Assembly: GCF_000306885.1 (NCBI RefSeq)
Contig: NC_018267.1
Location: 540,001 to 572,000, forward strand
Origin: Wolbachia endosymbiont of Onchocerca ochengi
GTDB lineage: Bacteria > Pseudomonadota > Alphaproteobacteria > Rickettsiales > Anaplasmataceae
Length of the DNA stretch: 32,000 bases
Reading direction: 5' to 3'
How positions within the stretch are numbered: position 1 is the first letter of the stretch; each line of letters starts with the position of its first letter. Position numbers and translations under genes: made by a program. Shown here piece by piece: positions 9,122 to 18,641 of the stretch. Under the pieces are notes generated by a model. That model did no database searches, was not told the DNA's origin, and saw only the letters and a list, made by a program, of their open reading frames with translations.

Positions 9122-10689
9122 AAACTGCTTGACAAGTTTTAACAACCATTTTGTGCACCATTAAGGTTATCTCTAACTCTAAAACTTGTTTTTGATCTGT
9201 AGGTTCAATGACAAAAATATAGTAAAAACTTAAGGTATTTTTATAAATTGTATAAAATTATGGTAGCTTACATGTCTTGTAAGTTTTTTCTGCATTCAGT
9301 TCTAAATTGCGCTTAAATCAGGCGAAAGAATTGTCAGCGCCAGTTTTAAGGATTAGTAGGATTGAAACCAGCAATCACATAGTTTCTTTTACTTCGTAGT
9401 CTTTTAAGTTTTTGTGATTAAAGCAATATTTTAGGCTCCATTATTGGCTATTTATGATGACAGGAGGAGGATATCATTTTAACTCGTGAAGTTAGAATTT
9501 AGTAAAATATTTGTAAATTATGCATTAGCATGTTGCAGAATAAATTTTTGCTTCAGTAGTTTATTATTATAGTAGCTAAGTTGGATAAGTATTAGGACTT
9601 TTGTAAGTAACTTTAAGAGTGAGAAAAAATCTGAAAGAGTTTGATAAAAGGACATAAATATAGCAACTGTAGTACAAGATAAGTTTGCCATAAACTTAAA
9701 AACATTGTACATAACAATGTATAAAAGTCTCGCGTTTTGCTTGCTAAAGGGTTAAGAACCATTTTCACAATGTTATTTTATTCTCAAGGTGTTAATTTGC
9801 TGGAGTCTAATCTAGTTGATACGCTGTAATTCAAATTTATCAACAAAAATGGAGAAATAGTTCTGGTATGTTTTCTCTTCAATGCAGTAGAATGCACAAT
9901 AAAAAGGTCTATAGAAAAACTGAGAATTTTAAGTGGTTAGAGTTGCTACTACATAAATTTTCAACTTAATCTTGAACACAATAAGCTGTAATAATTAAAT
10001 AAGAGGATGAGAAAACCAATTACTGTTATGTATATGCTAAAAAACGTTTAGTAAGATCGGCGATGAAATTTGACATAGTTTATTTCATGGAAATAGAAAA
10101 GGAAAAGACATTCATGTAGAGGAGTTACATTGGATAAAGAATCACTACTACTTTAAAGTAATAGATCATTTTTAATAGGCATTTATTACTTCTTTATGCA
10201 GAAACAAACTAAGAAAACAAGGTTTATGAATAGCTTACTCAAATTAAGCGATGTTCCTGATCAGATGTTATGTTGAAATTATGGTAAACATAAATTTATT
10301 TTAAGTGGGAAAACTCTTTTAATGAAGAGTGAAATGAACAAAAGTCTTAGTGAAGCTTTTCTTTTAAGAGAAGAGGGTTTTCTATTATTGATGTTAATAC
10401 TGAGAATGCTGTTTCTTAGTGATCATGAAAAATAAGAATTTAAATAAAAAGCTTGAGCATACTGGAGGATCTGTATGCTACCTTTTCAAAGGAAGGTGGT
10501 AATGCTAAAATCTTAATCAGATTATTATATATTATTTTGATAAGCTTAGATGTAAATCTAATTGCATTATTCGGGTAAAGATATCAAAGAGAATCAGCTT
10601 TCCGTTAGTGAAATTGAAGAGTTAAGAAGAGGTTTCTTAAATTGAAAAAATAGCGGTTAAGATAATGCCTAAATGACGGAGTAAGAAAC

Positions 10690-12051
10690 CTAATCTACTT
10701 TCAGCTCCTTAGCATGTAAGTTGTGTGGTAAAAATTCGAGTTCCTTTGCAACACTTAATTCTTTATTTTTTGTGTGTATGCCAAGCTTATTAAATTTCCG
10801 AGCAACAGGGAACACTCTTGCTTCAAGCGAACCAGTGGTTTTATTATAATCATCAACAGCACTTTTTAAGCTTTTTCTTAAATTATTAAAATTTTTGCCC
10901 ATTGTACAGATGCGTTCATATAAAATATGGCCCAATTCACTAATTTTTTTTGAACTCTCGGCTATCATTTCTTGTTTCCACCCATATGCTATTGTTCTTA
11001 GTAGTGCAATTAAAGTAATCGGTGTTGCAATAATCACTTTTTTTTCTATTCCAATCTCTATTAAAGTAGGATCATGCTCTAATGCTGCACTAAAAGCTCC
11101 CTCCCCTGTTAAGAAAAGCACCACAAACTCTGGCGTATTTTCAAACTGATTCCAATACTCTTTTTTGCTCAAGTAGCTTATATGTTTTTTTATTGCCAAG
11201 GAATGATTTTTTAATTTCTCTCTTTGTATTTTTAAATCATTTTGCGATATAGCATCGAGGTAAGAATCAAGCGGCACTTTAGCATCTATTATTACTTGTT
11301 TTCCAGAGGGCATCTTGATTATTAAATCAGGGCGTAATAAATTATCCTCATTTTTATCAACTATTGACGGCTGAATAAAAAAATCACAGTATTCAATCAT
11401 TCCCGCCATCTCCACTACTCTTTTTAACTGTATTTCGCCCCATTTTCCCTTAATGTGAGGTTTTCTTAAAGCATTAGCAAGACTGGAAGTTTGGTTTATT
11501 AACACTCCAATTTGCTCTTTTAAGCCTTCATAAGCTCCTATCCTTTCCTTTTCTAGCTCACGTATTTCACTATCAAATTTTTCCAATCTTTCTTTTATTG
11601 GAGCTACAACTTCATTAAGTGTTGTCTTTCCTTTTTTAAAATCACTTTCTGTTTCTTTTAATTTATTGTTAATTGCTTCCTTTGCTAAGCTCAGAAAATT
11701 ATTATTATTTATCTGTAAAGCATCGAGAGACAATGCCTTAAAAGTGTTTGTAAGCCTTTCTTCTGCTTCTGTTAATAGCCTTATTTCTCTCTTCTTCTCC
11801 TCGCGTTCTTTTTGCAAGGTTATTTCAAGTTCTGCATTGCTTACTTTTAAATTTATTATTTCCTCATTTTTACATAGTAAAATCTCTTTTGTTTCTTGAA
11901 GCTCACGCTCTAACTTATATAAGTTGTCTTCAAGATTTGCTGCATTTATTTTTTTTTCACTCAGTTCCTTGCTCTTTTTTATACTAATATAGCAAAATAA
12001 TAATAAAGAAAGAAAATTTAACCCAAGAAATATAGAACTCGAAAGCATCAA
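10690..12051 (-). CDS. rmuC: DNA recombination protein RmuC
   Basis: 453-aa ORF with N-terminal TM, long coiled coil, and core motifs KGKWGEIQLKRVVEMAGM, LRPDLIIKMPSGKQVIIDAKVPLDSYLDA, PEFVVLFLTGEGAFSAALEHDP, VIIATPITLIALLRTIAYGWKQE. Confidence 0.96.
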   Translation of the reverse strand: MMLSSSIFLGLNFLSLLLFCYISIKKSKELSEKKINAANLEDNLYKLERELQETKEILLCKNEEIINLKVSNAELEITLQKEREEKKREIRLLTEAEERLTNTFKALSLDALQINNNNFLSLAKEAINNKLKETESDFKKGKTTLNEVVAPIKERLEKFDSEIRELEKERIGAYEGLKEQIGVLINQTSSLANALRKPHIKGKWGEIQLKRVVEMAGMIEYCDFFIQPSIVDKNEDNLLRPDLIIKMPSGKQVIIDAKVPLDSYLDAISQNDLKIQREKLKNHSLAIKKHISYLSKKEYWNQFENTPEFVVLFLTGEGAFSAALEHDPTLIEIGIEKKVIIATPITLIALLRTIAYGWKQEMIAESSKKISELGHILYERICTMGKNFNNLRKSLKSAVDDYNKTTGSLEARVFPVARKFNKLGIHTKNKELSVAKELEFLPHNLHAKELKVD

Positions 12052-12184
12052 AACACGAAAAAATCTTACTTATAATGCTATCTAATTTTTGTGTATATAG
12101 GAAAAGAAAAAAAGAGCATTTAAGAGATACTGTTTATGTAAATGGTTTGCTACATGATTATAAGTTAATAGCTTAACCAAGCAC

Positions 12185-12560
12185 TAGCAGTGTGTTGTTT
12201 TGCTTTTAACTTGGTAGTTTTTAAACTTGATGTGTTGCCGCTTGTCAGACACTTTAGATACAGGACTTGTAACTTTAGCTACAATTGGAAGTTGAGCGTA
12301 TATCTTGATTTTTTATTATTTTGCTAAATGTAATAACTCTTTTATTTTTTTTGGTTTATTATTACCCGTAAAGTCGTTTACTGCTATCTTGCATTCAGCT
12401 GAATTTATGGTAGGTTATATAATCATCCTCTATTTCTTCTTTTGAGATTATGACTACCAGTGATATAGAGTTCTTTTCTGGTTCTCAAAATATCTAAATA
12501 AAATTCTTTTAATTATTAATTGTAGTATTATTCCTATTTTAGTTTAGAATTGTGCTTGGA
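12185..12560 (-). pseudogene. degraded protein-coding remnant split over at least three reading frames (unknown family)
   Basis: Consecutive minus-strand fragments in changing frames: EKNSISLVVIISKEEIEDDYITYHKFS; INSAECKIAVNDFTGNNKPKKIKELLHLAK*; then past an A8 tract (plus 12345-12352), RVITFSKIIKNQDNAQLPIVAKVTSPVSKVSDKRQHIKFKNYQVKSKTTHC*. The upstream boundary is approximate. Confidence 0.4.
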
Positions 12561-13337
12561 ATGTATTGTAATTAGTAGTTGATGTAGCAATTTTGTTTAC
12601 TATTGATAAGCTTTAAAGAACAAATTAGATTCGATAAGTTACTAAAATGGTTTTTGCAGCTTAAATTTCCAAAAAAATGTGTAAAACTTCTGTGTGATTA
12701 GCAATCTACTTAGAAAACTTTTTTATGCTTTTTACATACCTTATTCTTTAAATTAATAAAGAGTTAACTTAATTATTAAGTATAGAATTTGATATGTTAA
12801 ATATTTTGTACTTTGAAGGGAAAATGCATGGTATAAGAAAGTAGTTTAGTTCTTTTTCTCTTTGATCATCTACGGTATTAATGATTTGGATGATACCATT
12901 CGCTTGCAAAGCTTAATGTTTATATGGTTACATGTTAACTACTGGAGTAACATCTCCTTTTGGATTCTTTTAATTACAAATACTTAGGAAAATTACTAAA
13001 TCAAAAAAGGCAGAGAGAACTTGTAGGCTGGTTTTAACTCTTTACCCTCTAAATTGGTGGTAGTAATTCTTTACTGGTGCTTAATTAAAGTACGATTTGG
13101 TTAAATGTAGAAAAAATTCAAAAAATAGATGGCTACTATAATTTTATGTAACTTATAAAAAACACCTTTAATTTTTTACTGAATTTTATTATTGAATTTG
13201 TAGATCAAAAATAAGTTTTGAGGTTAGAAGCAGACTATGCTGATGCAGTTACTGAAACTTGTCGAGTAGCTTTTAGGTCTGTTTTTTACAATCAGTATTA
13301 TGTGTTGTCTTAGAGCTTTAGCTGTAAATCCCACATC

Positions 13338-14135
13338 TTAGCGCACATATATTTTAACTCCATTGGCATACAAATTTGTATAACTTTTTCCAGTGTTAAG
13401 CAATGCAAGTCCGATCTTATCTATAGTAGAGCGCAGCTCTCCTATTTCCTCATTACTTTCATTTATTATTTTAGTTCCAATATTCGGAAGCGTATTATTC
13501 CCTTCAACAGGATAAAGTTTTCTTCTGAGTGTTTCTTGTCTACTCATTCGGTTTACAACTTCCTGACCTATATAACATCCCTTATTAAAGCTTATACCAT
13601 TTATTTTATCGATTAAATATTGCAGCGGAAACGACGAATTTTGCACCATATCTTTCGTTCCATCTGGAATAAGGTTTTCAATTCTAACTCTTTCATATTG
13701 AATAAAATCTCCAATTGGTTGACTTATTTCATCTTTGTGTATTATTCTCATTCCTAAAGACTTGTGCCTTGGATCCTGAAAAATAATCTGCGATTCATTA
13801 CTATACTCTATTGATTTAGTATTAAACAAAACTCCAACTCTATATAGTGTACTAACATTCTTAACTTTCACTCTTAGGTAGGTTTTAAGCAAATTTAATT
13901 TCTCAATAATTTGTTGCAGGTACGTGTTTTCACATTCCAGTAAAGTATATTTACCACATTTAATGAGAAAAAAATCGTATAAGTACTTTCCTTGAGAATT
14001 AAGCAATAAAGAATAAATAGCTTTTTGGCTACTCAGATTATTGATATCGTTTGTTATAATGCCCTGCAGGAAATTCTTTGTATCTGGGCCATATAGGACT
14101 ACTACACTACGATTTTCTAATGGTATATAACTCAT
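13338..14135 (-). CDS. YgfZ/GcvT-domain folate-binding protein (Fe-S cluster assembly related)
   Basis: 265-aa ORF with LQGIITNDI, YLLLNSQGKYLYDFFL and the family signature NKGCYIGQEVVNRM. Confidence 0.9.
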   Translation of the reverse strand: MSYIPLENRSVVVLYGPDTKNFLQGIITNDINNLSSQKAIYSLLLNSQGKYLYDFFLIKCGKYTLLECENTYLQQIIEKLNLLKTYLRVKVKNVSTLYRVGVLFNTKSIEYSNESQIIFQDPRHKSLGMRIIHKDEISQPIGDFIQYERVRIENLIPDGTKDMVQNSSFPLQYLIDKINGISFNKGCYIGQEVVNRMSRQETLRRKLYPVEGNNTLPNIGTKIINESNEEIGELRSTIDKIGLALLNTGKSYTNLYANGVKIYVR

Positions 14136-14215
14136 GCAATTTCTGTTAATAAGTCTAAATCTTACTATACAATACTAGATGTTTCTTCTCTTTCAACATT
14201 TTAAGAGTTCGAGCC

Positions 14216-14245
14216 CTTGAAATCTAATTTGCTAGTACATATATA
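14216..14245 (+). promoter_or_regulatory. candidate groESL promoter (overlapping heat-shock-like and housekeeping-like elements)
   Basis: CTTGAAA (14216-14222), 15 nt, CATATAT (14238-14244), resembling a sigma32 promoter. The same bases also read TTGAAA, 17 nt, TATATA (14240-14245), resembling sigma70. Located just upstream of groES. Confidence 0.45.
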
Positions 14246-14280
14246 AGCTTGTAGGTTAATTTGTTGATGAGGGAAAACAA

Positions 14281-14571
14281 ATGTCAAGCATAAACTTAAG
14301 TGTATTAGATGATAGTGTTCTAATCAAGCCTATCAGCGAAGAGAAACAGGGTGGAATTATGCTTCCGTCAAGTGCTGAAAAGAAACCTACTAAAGGTGAA
14401 GTTATAGCAATTGGTCAGGGTTCACGTAGTCCAAGTGGTGAGCGTATGTCCTTAACTGTAAAAGTTGGTGATAAAGTGTTTTATCGTCAATGGGCTGGTA
14501 CGGAGATAGAGCATAGTGATGAAAAGTTTATCGTAATGAAGGAGTCCGATATACTTGCTATCGTTAAGTAG
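14281..14571 (+). CDS. groES: co-chaperonin GroES
   Basis: 96-aa ORF: [42 protein letters not shown]...[15 protein letters not shown]...[14 protein letters not shown]. Purine-rich leader GAGGGAAAACAA before ATG. Confidence 0.98.
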   Translation: MSSINLSVLDDSVLIKPISEEKQGGIMLPSSAEKKPTKGEVIAIGQGSRSPSGERMSLTVKVGDKVFYRQWAGTEIEHSDEKFIVMKESDILAIVK

Positions 14572-14673
14572 CAGTCTTTAATTTTATTAAATTAGAATAA
14601 AGCACAATATAGTGTATTACGAGTAATTTTATTATAGTTTTCTGAGTTTTTTTATTAGTAAGGGGTTATAAAG

Positions 14674-16326
14674 ATGACTAATGTAGTAGTATCAGGTGAG
14701 CAGTTACAGCAAGCTTTTCGTGAAGTTGCAGCAGTAATAGACTCAACAGTAGCAGTAACTGCAGGACCTAGAGGAAAAACAGTAGGGATTAATAAGCCTT
14801 ATGGGGCACCAGAAATTACAAAAGATGGTTATAAGGTAATGAAGGGTATCAAGCCTGAAAAACCATTGAACGCTGCAATAACAAGTATCTTTGCTCAAAG
14901 TTGCTCTCAATGTAATGATAAAGTTGGTGATGGTACAACAACATGTTCAATACTAACTAGTGGTATGATAGTGGAGGCTTCAAAGTCAATTGCTGCTGGA
15001 AATGATCGTATCAGTATCAAGAATGGAATGCAGAAAGCAAAAGATGTAGTATTAAAAGAAGTTGCTTCAATGGCTCGTACAATTTCTTTGGAAAAGATAG
15101 ATGAAGTAGCGCAAGTTGCTATAATTTCTGCGAACGGTGATAGAAGTATTGGTAGTAATATTGCTGATGCTGTTAAAAAGGTTGGAAAAGAAGGTGTGAT
15201 TACTGTTGAAGAAAGTAAAGGTTCAAAAGAACTAGAGGTTGAGCTTACTACTGGTATGCAGTTTGATCGTGGCTATCTTTCTCCTTATTTTATTACAAAT
15301 AATGAGAAAATGATTGTGGAGCTTGATGATCCATATCTCTTAATTACAGAGAAAAAACTTAATATTATTCAGCCTTTGCTTTCTATTCTTGAAGCTGTTG
15401 TTAAATCTGGTAAACCTTTACTTATCATTGCAGAAGACATTGAGGGTGAAGCATTAAGTACTTTAGTTATTAATAAGTTGCGTGGTGGTCTAAAAGTTGC
15501 TGCAGTGAAAGCTCCAGGTTTTGGTGATAGAAGAAAGGAGATGCTTGAAGATATAGCAGCTTTAACTAATGCTAAGTATGTCATAAAAGATGAACTTGGG
15601 ATTAAAATGGAAGACCTAACTCTTGAAGACCTTGGCATTGCTAAAAATGTTAAAATCACTAAAGATAATACTACAATTGTTAGCGAAAATAGAGTTACTG
15701 ACAGAGTAAAAGCTAGAATTGAGCAGATTAAATCTCAAATTGAGTCTTCAACTTCTGATTATGATAAAGAGAAATTAAGAGAGCGTTTAGCAAAATTATC
15801 AGGTGGTGTTGCTGTACTAAAAGTTGGTGGAGCAACTGAATTAGAAGTTAAAGAACGTAGAGATAGGGTCGAGGATGCGTTGCACGCAACAAGAGCTGCA
15901 ATTGAGGAAGGTATAGTTCCGGGTGGTGGAGTTGCGCTTCTTTATGCCTCATCTGCTCTTGATAAGCTGAAAGGTGCAGATGATGAAGAGCAAATAGGTA
16001 TAAATATTATCAAGAAAGTTCTCAGTGTCCCTATTAAGAGGTTAGTCAAAAATGCTGGTCTTGAGTCTGCTGTTATAATTGACTATTTAATTAAGCAGAA
16101 TAATAAAGAGCTTATATATAACGTTGAAGCTATGAGTTATGCTAATGCGTTCGCTGCTGGTGTTATTGACCCGGCAAAAGTTGTTCGTATTGCTTTTGAA
16201 ACAGCGATATCTGTTGCAAGCGTGCTGATTACTACTGAATCTATGATAGTTGATATACCAAATAAGGATGAAAATGCTTCATCTCCTATGGGAGCAGGTG
16301 GCATGGGCAGAATGAATGACTTTTAA
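14674..16326 (+). CDS. groEL: chaperonin GroEL
   Basis: 550-aa ORF: [67 protein letters not shown]-terminal [11 protein letters not shown]. Confidence 0.99.
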   Translation: MTNVVVSGEQLQQAFREVAAVIDSTVAVTAGPRGKTVGINKPYGAPEITKDGYKVMKGIKPEKPLNAAITSIFAQSCSQCNDKVGDGTTTCSILTSGMIVEASKSIAAGNDRISIKNGMQKAKDVVLKEVASMARTISLEKIDEVAQVAIISANGDRSIGSNIADAVKKVGKEGVITVEESKGSKELEVELTTGMQFDRGYLSPYFITNNEKMIVELDDPYLLITEKKLNIIQPLLSILEAVVKSGKPLLIIAEDIEGEALSTLVINKLRGGLKVAAVKAPGFGDRRKEMLEDIAALTNAKYVIKDELGIKMEDLTLEDLGIAKNVKITKDNTTIVSENRVTDRVKARIEQIKSQIESSTSDYDKEKLRERLAKLSGGVAVLKVGGATELEVKERRDRVEDALHATRAAIEEGIVPGGGVALLYASSALDKLKGADDEEQIGINIIKKVLSVPIKRLVKNAGLESAVIIDYLIKQNNKELIYNVEAMSYANAFAAGVIDPAKVVRIAFETAISVASVLITTESMIVDIPNKDENASSPMGAGGMGRMNDF

Positions 16327-17368
16327 ATAAATGAAACTTTGGGGCAGGGTCTGCTTGCTCCAAGGTAATGTTTTTTATTCTCTAAAGGTTAACATTTTGT
16401 TTTATTTTTTTCGCTTTATTTGCTTCCTTATAATGAATAGGTAATATAGAAGTTGGTAACCTTAAGGTAGTTGTTACTTATGTTGGTGTATATTAATAAG
16501 CAGTTTTATGTAGTGTTGTTTATTATAATAACTGTAATCTGAATTATCTCTTTATATGTAAAGGATAAAATTATCTTTTTACTTGTACTTAACTGCAATC
16601 TGGTAAGAAAAATTGCAAAATTTGACTTGTTTTGGTAAGGTATAATAAAGGTTATAATGAGGGGCTTAAGGGTTATGGTCTTTTCCACTTCTATCAATTA
16701 TTAAGGTAACACGTTAAAAATATATATCCATTGGTACCTACTCGTAAGAGTGTATGGATGAAGCAGTAAGAATAATATTTTTATCAGTAATAGCATAAAA
16801 AGATATAGTATTATCCTTCTTCAAAATGATATTTTTAAGATAATCAGCAAGTTGTTACTTTCAAGTGCGTGATACACAATCATATACTAAGGGCACCAAA
16901 AAAAACTTTTAGGACAATAAAATATAGAGGAACAATGATACCTGATTGATGATTTGGGAACTGTTATTCTGTATGTTAGTGTTAATCTATGCTAAAATGT
17001 AACAGATGAATTACAGTATTACATAGTCAAACTTAAATTACTTAAAATTTGAACTTTTAACTTAAAGAAGTACTACATATATCAAATGGTTTCAATTTCA
17101 AAGAGTTTTTTATCATTATGAGATAAATAGTACAGTACATCAGGTAGTATATAATGAATGGTATCGTACACTGTGGGAGTTAAAGTAGCACAAGGTAGTA
17201 TAATTAATACAATAAGCACTATAAAAAGACAAAAAGCTATTTTTTTTTGATTATTAGGCTTTAGCCGAGATTTCTCTGTACACGCATGTACATTAGTTGG
17301 TTATAATCTGATATATGCAAAAATAAAATGCAGCCAAACTAAAAAACAGGTAAAGGTTTCTGTATATA

Positions 17369-17920
17369 CTAATGGGATTTCCTCCTTTCACTAAGGAAGA
17401 TATCGTTTAGTCTTTTGTCTATAATTTTTTCTATATCTTCAATTAAAAGCTGCTTTATCATGGCTATTTTTTGTTTTTCTTGAGCATGACGTTCATTGTT
17501 GTAACCACAATGATCTTTGCTTTTATAACTGCTGTCGTTTGCTTTACTATTCTTTTTGCCTTTGATCATGAATTTAAGTATCTTTTTTACCTTTTCCTTT
17601 AAAAAGAGTTTCCATCCTGTGCTTAGAAATAACTTATAAAGAAAATGCGGAGCAAGAAATGCTATCAACATCCTAAAAGAAATTCCATAATTCAGGTTTC
17701 CTCTATTGTTGGAGTACCATTTGCAATATTGAAATAAATGATAAAATGCTCTTTTAAAAGAGCCGCATTTTGCAGTATACCAAAAGCCGTTGCTAAGAAA
17801 CATGAGTACAATACTGGATGCATAAAGGTAGATTATAAGTAAGAATAACTTTACAGTTATGTCTTTTAGGCTGCTTAGTATGTAATTTAATAGCCTCAAT
17901 TTATAGAAAAGTGGTATCAC
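17369..17920 (-). CDS. hypothetical membrane protein with basic C-terminal tail
   Basis: 183-aa ORF with N-terminal hydrophobic segments (VKLFLLIIYLYASSIVLMFL; FRMLIAFLAPHFLYKLFL) and a Lys/Arg-rich C-terminus. It begins 20 nt from the 3' CCA of tRNA-Gln. No family recognised. Confidence 0.6.
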   Translation of the reverse strand: MIPLFYKLRLLNYILSSLKDITVKLFLLIIYLYASSIVLMFLSNGFWYTAKCGSFKRAFYHLFQYCKWYSNNRGNLNYGISFRMLIAFLAPHFLYKLFLSTGWKLFLKEKVKKILKFMIKGKKNSKANDSSYKSKDHCGYNNERHAQEKQKIAMIKQLLIEDIEKIIDKRLNDIFLSERRKSH

Positions 17921-17937
17921 TTACATCCTCTTCAATA

Positions 17938-18012
17938 TGGCTGGGGTGGAAGGACTCGAACCTTCGCATGGCGGTACCAAAAACCGCTACCTTACCACTT
18001 GGCTACACCCCA
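17938..18012 (-). tRNA. tRNA-Gln (anticodon TTG), CCA encoded
   Basis: Reverse complement TGGGGTGTAGCCAAGTGGTAAGGTAGCGGTTTTTGGTACCGCCATGCGAAGGTTCGAGTCCTTCCACCCCAGCCA. Perfect 7-bp acceptor TGGGGTG/CACCCCA, anticodon loop TTTTGGT, T-arm GGTTCGAGTCC. Mature body 17941-18012. Confidence 0.96.
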
Positions 18013-18020
18013 ATACTTGT

Positions 18021-18338
18021 TTATATCAAAACATTATTAACCCAATTAGTAAAAGATTTATTTGTCTTTTCTATTGGTATTACTATAACAGCTGGCTGAT
18101 CATAAGAATGCATTGCCTCAATTTTTTTTATGATTCCATCTACTTGATCGCTTCTGCTTTTCATAATTGTCACTATTTCATAACTGTTGTGAATTTCACC
18201 TTTCCATAAATATAGAGAATTTACTTTAGGAAATATGTTGACACATATAATTAACTTTTTGTTTAATAATTCCTCAGAAATAGCTCTAGCTTCTTCTAGA
18301 TTTGAAAAAGTTGTATAAACTAAAACTATACTATCCAT
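18021..18338 (-). CDS. cutA: divalent-cation tolerance protein CutA
   Basis: 105-aa ORF with the CutA1 pattern: VYTTFSNLEEARAISEELLNKKLIICVNIFPKVNSLYLWKGEIHNSYEIVTIMKS and PAVIVIPI. Confidence 0.93.
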   Translation of the reverse strand: MDSIVLVYTTFSNLEEARAISEELLNKKLIICVNIFPKVNSLYLWKGEIHNSYEIVTIMKSRSDQVDGIIKKIEAMHSYDQPAVIVIPIEKTNKSFTNWVNNVLI

Positions 18339-18584
18339 TAGAAACCTACATAAACGTATTTTTACTATACTTTACTTAGCTTAATTCATCAAGAGAAAAT
18401 AGGCAGAGCTTCTTTCAGAACCTCCATTTAGTTTAAAAGCAATTCCCTGCCAGAAAAGCGTCTAAACTATTTATGCGAAATCACCTATTACTCAAATTAC
18501 CTGTAAAAATTGAAATGTTCATCCACCAAAATACGCGAAGATGGAATGTTTTAAATTAAACTTTCGGTTAGAAAAAAACAAAAG

Positions 18585-18611
18585 AGGATGTTACTCGTTG
18601 AGTAACATCCT
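18585..18611 (-). terminator. strong rho-independent-type terminator downstream of the WalE1-like gene
   Basis: Perfect 12-bp stem AGGATGTTACTC / GAGTAACATCCT with GTT loop. On the minus strand it is followed by CTTTTGTTTTTTTC. It lies about 30 nt past the stop of the minus-strand CDS at 18642. Confidence 0.85.
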
Positions 18612-18641
18612 TTTAGAAAAAGTAGTTAGTTTTGTTTGTCT

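Noticed and set aside
9518-9712. 64-aa minus ORF in the dnaG-rmuC gap
   Set aside because: Hydrophobic, low-complexity translation of AT-rich DNA with no clear domain or ribosome-binding site.
16506-16697. 63-aa minus ORF downstream of groEL
   Set aside because: Ile/Thr/Lys-rich translation expected by chance in AT-rich intergenic DNA, with no supporting features.
17911-18209. Plus-strand ORFs 17911-18099 and 17937-18209 (SIWLGWKDSNLRMAVPKTATLPLGYTPI; AGVEGLEPSHGGTKNRYLTTWLHPN)
   Set aside because: These are translations of the antisense of tRNA-Gln, a classic spurious annotation pattern. The tRNA explains the sequence.
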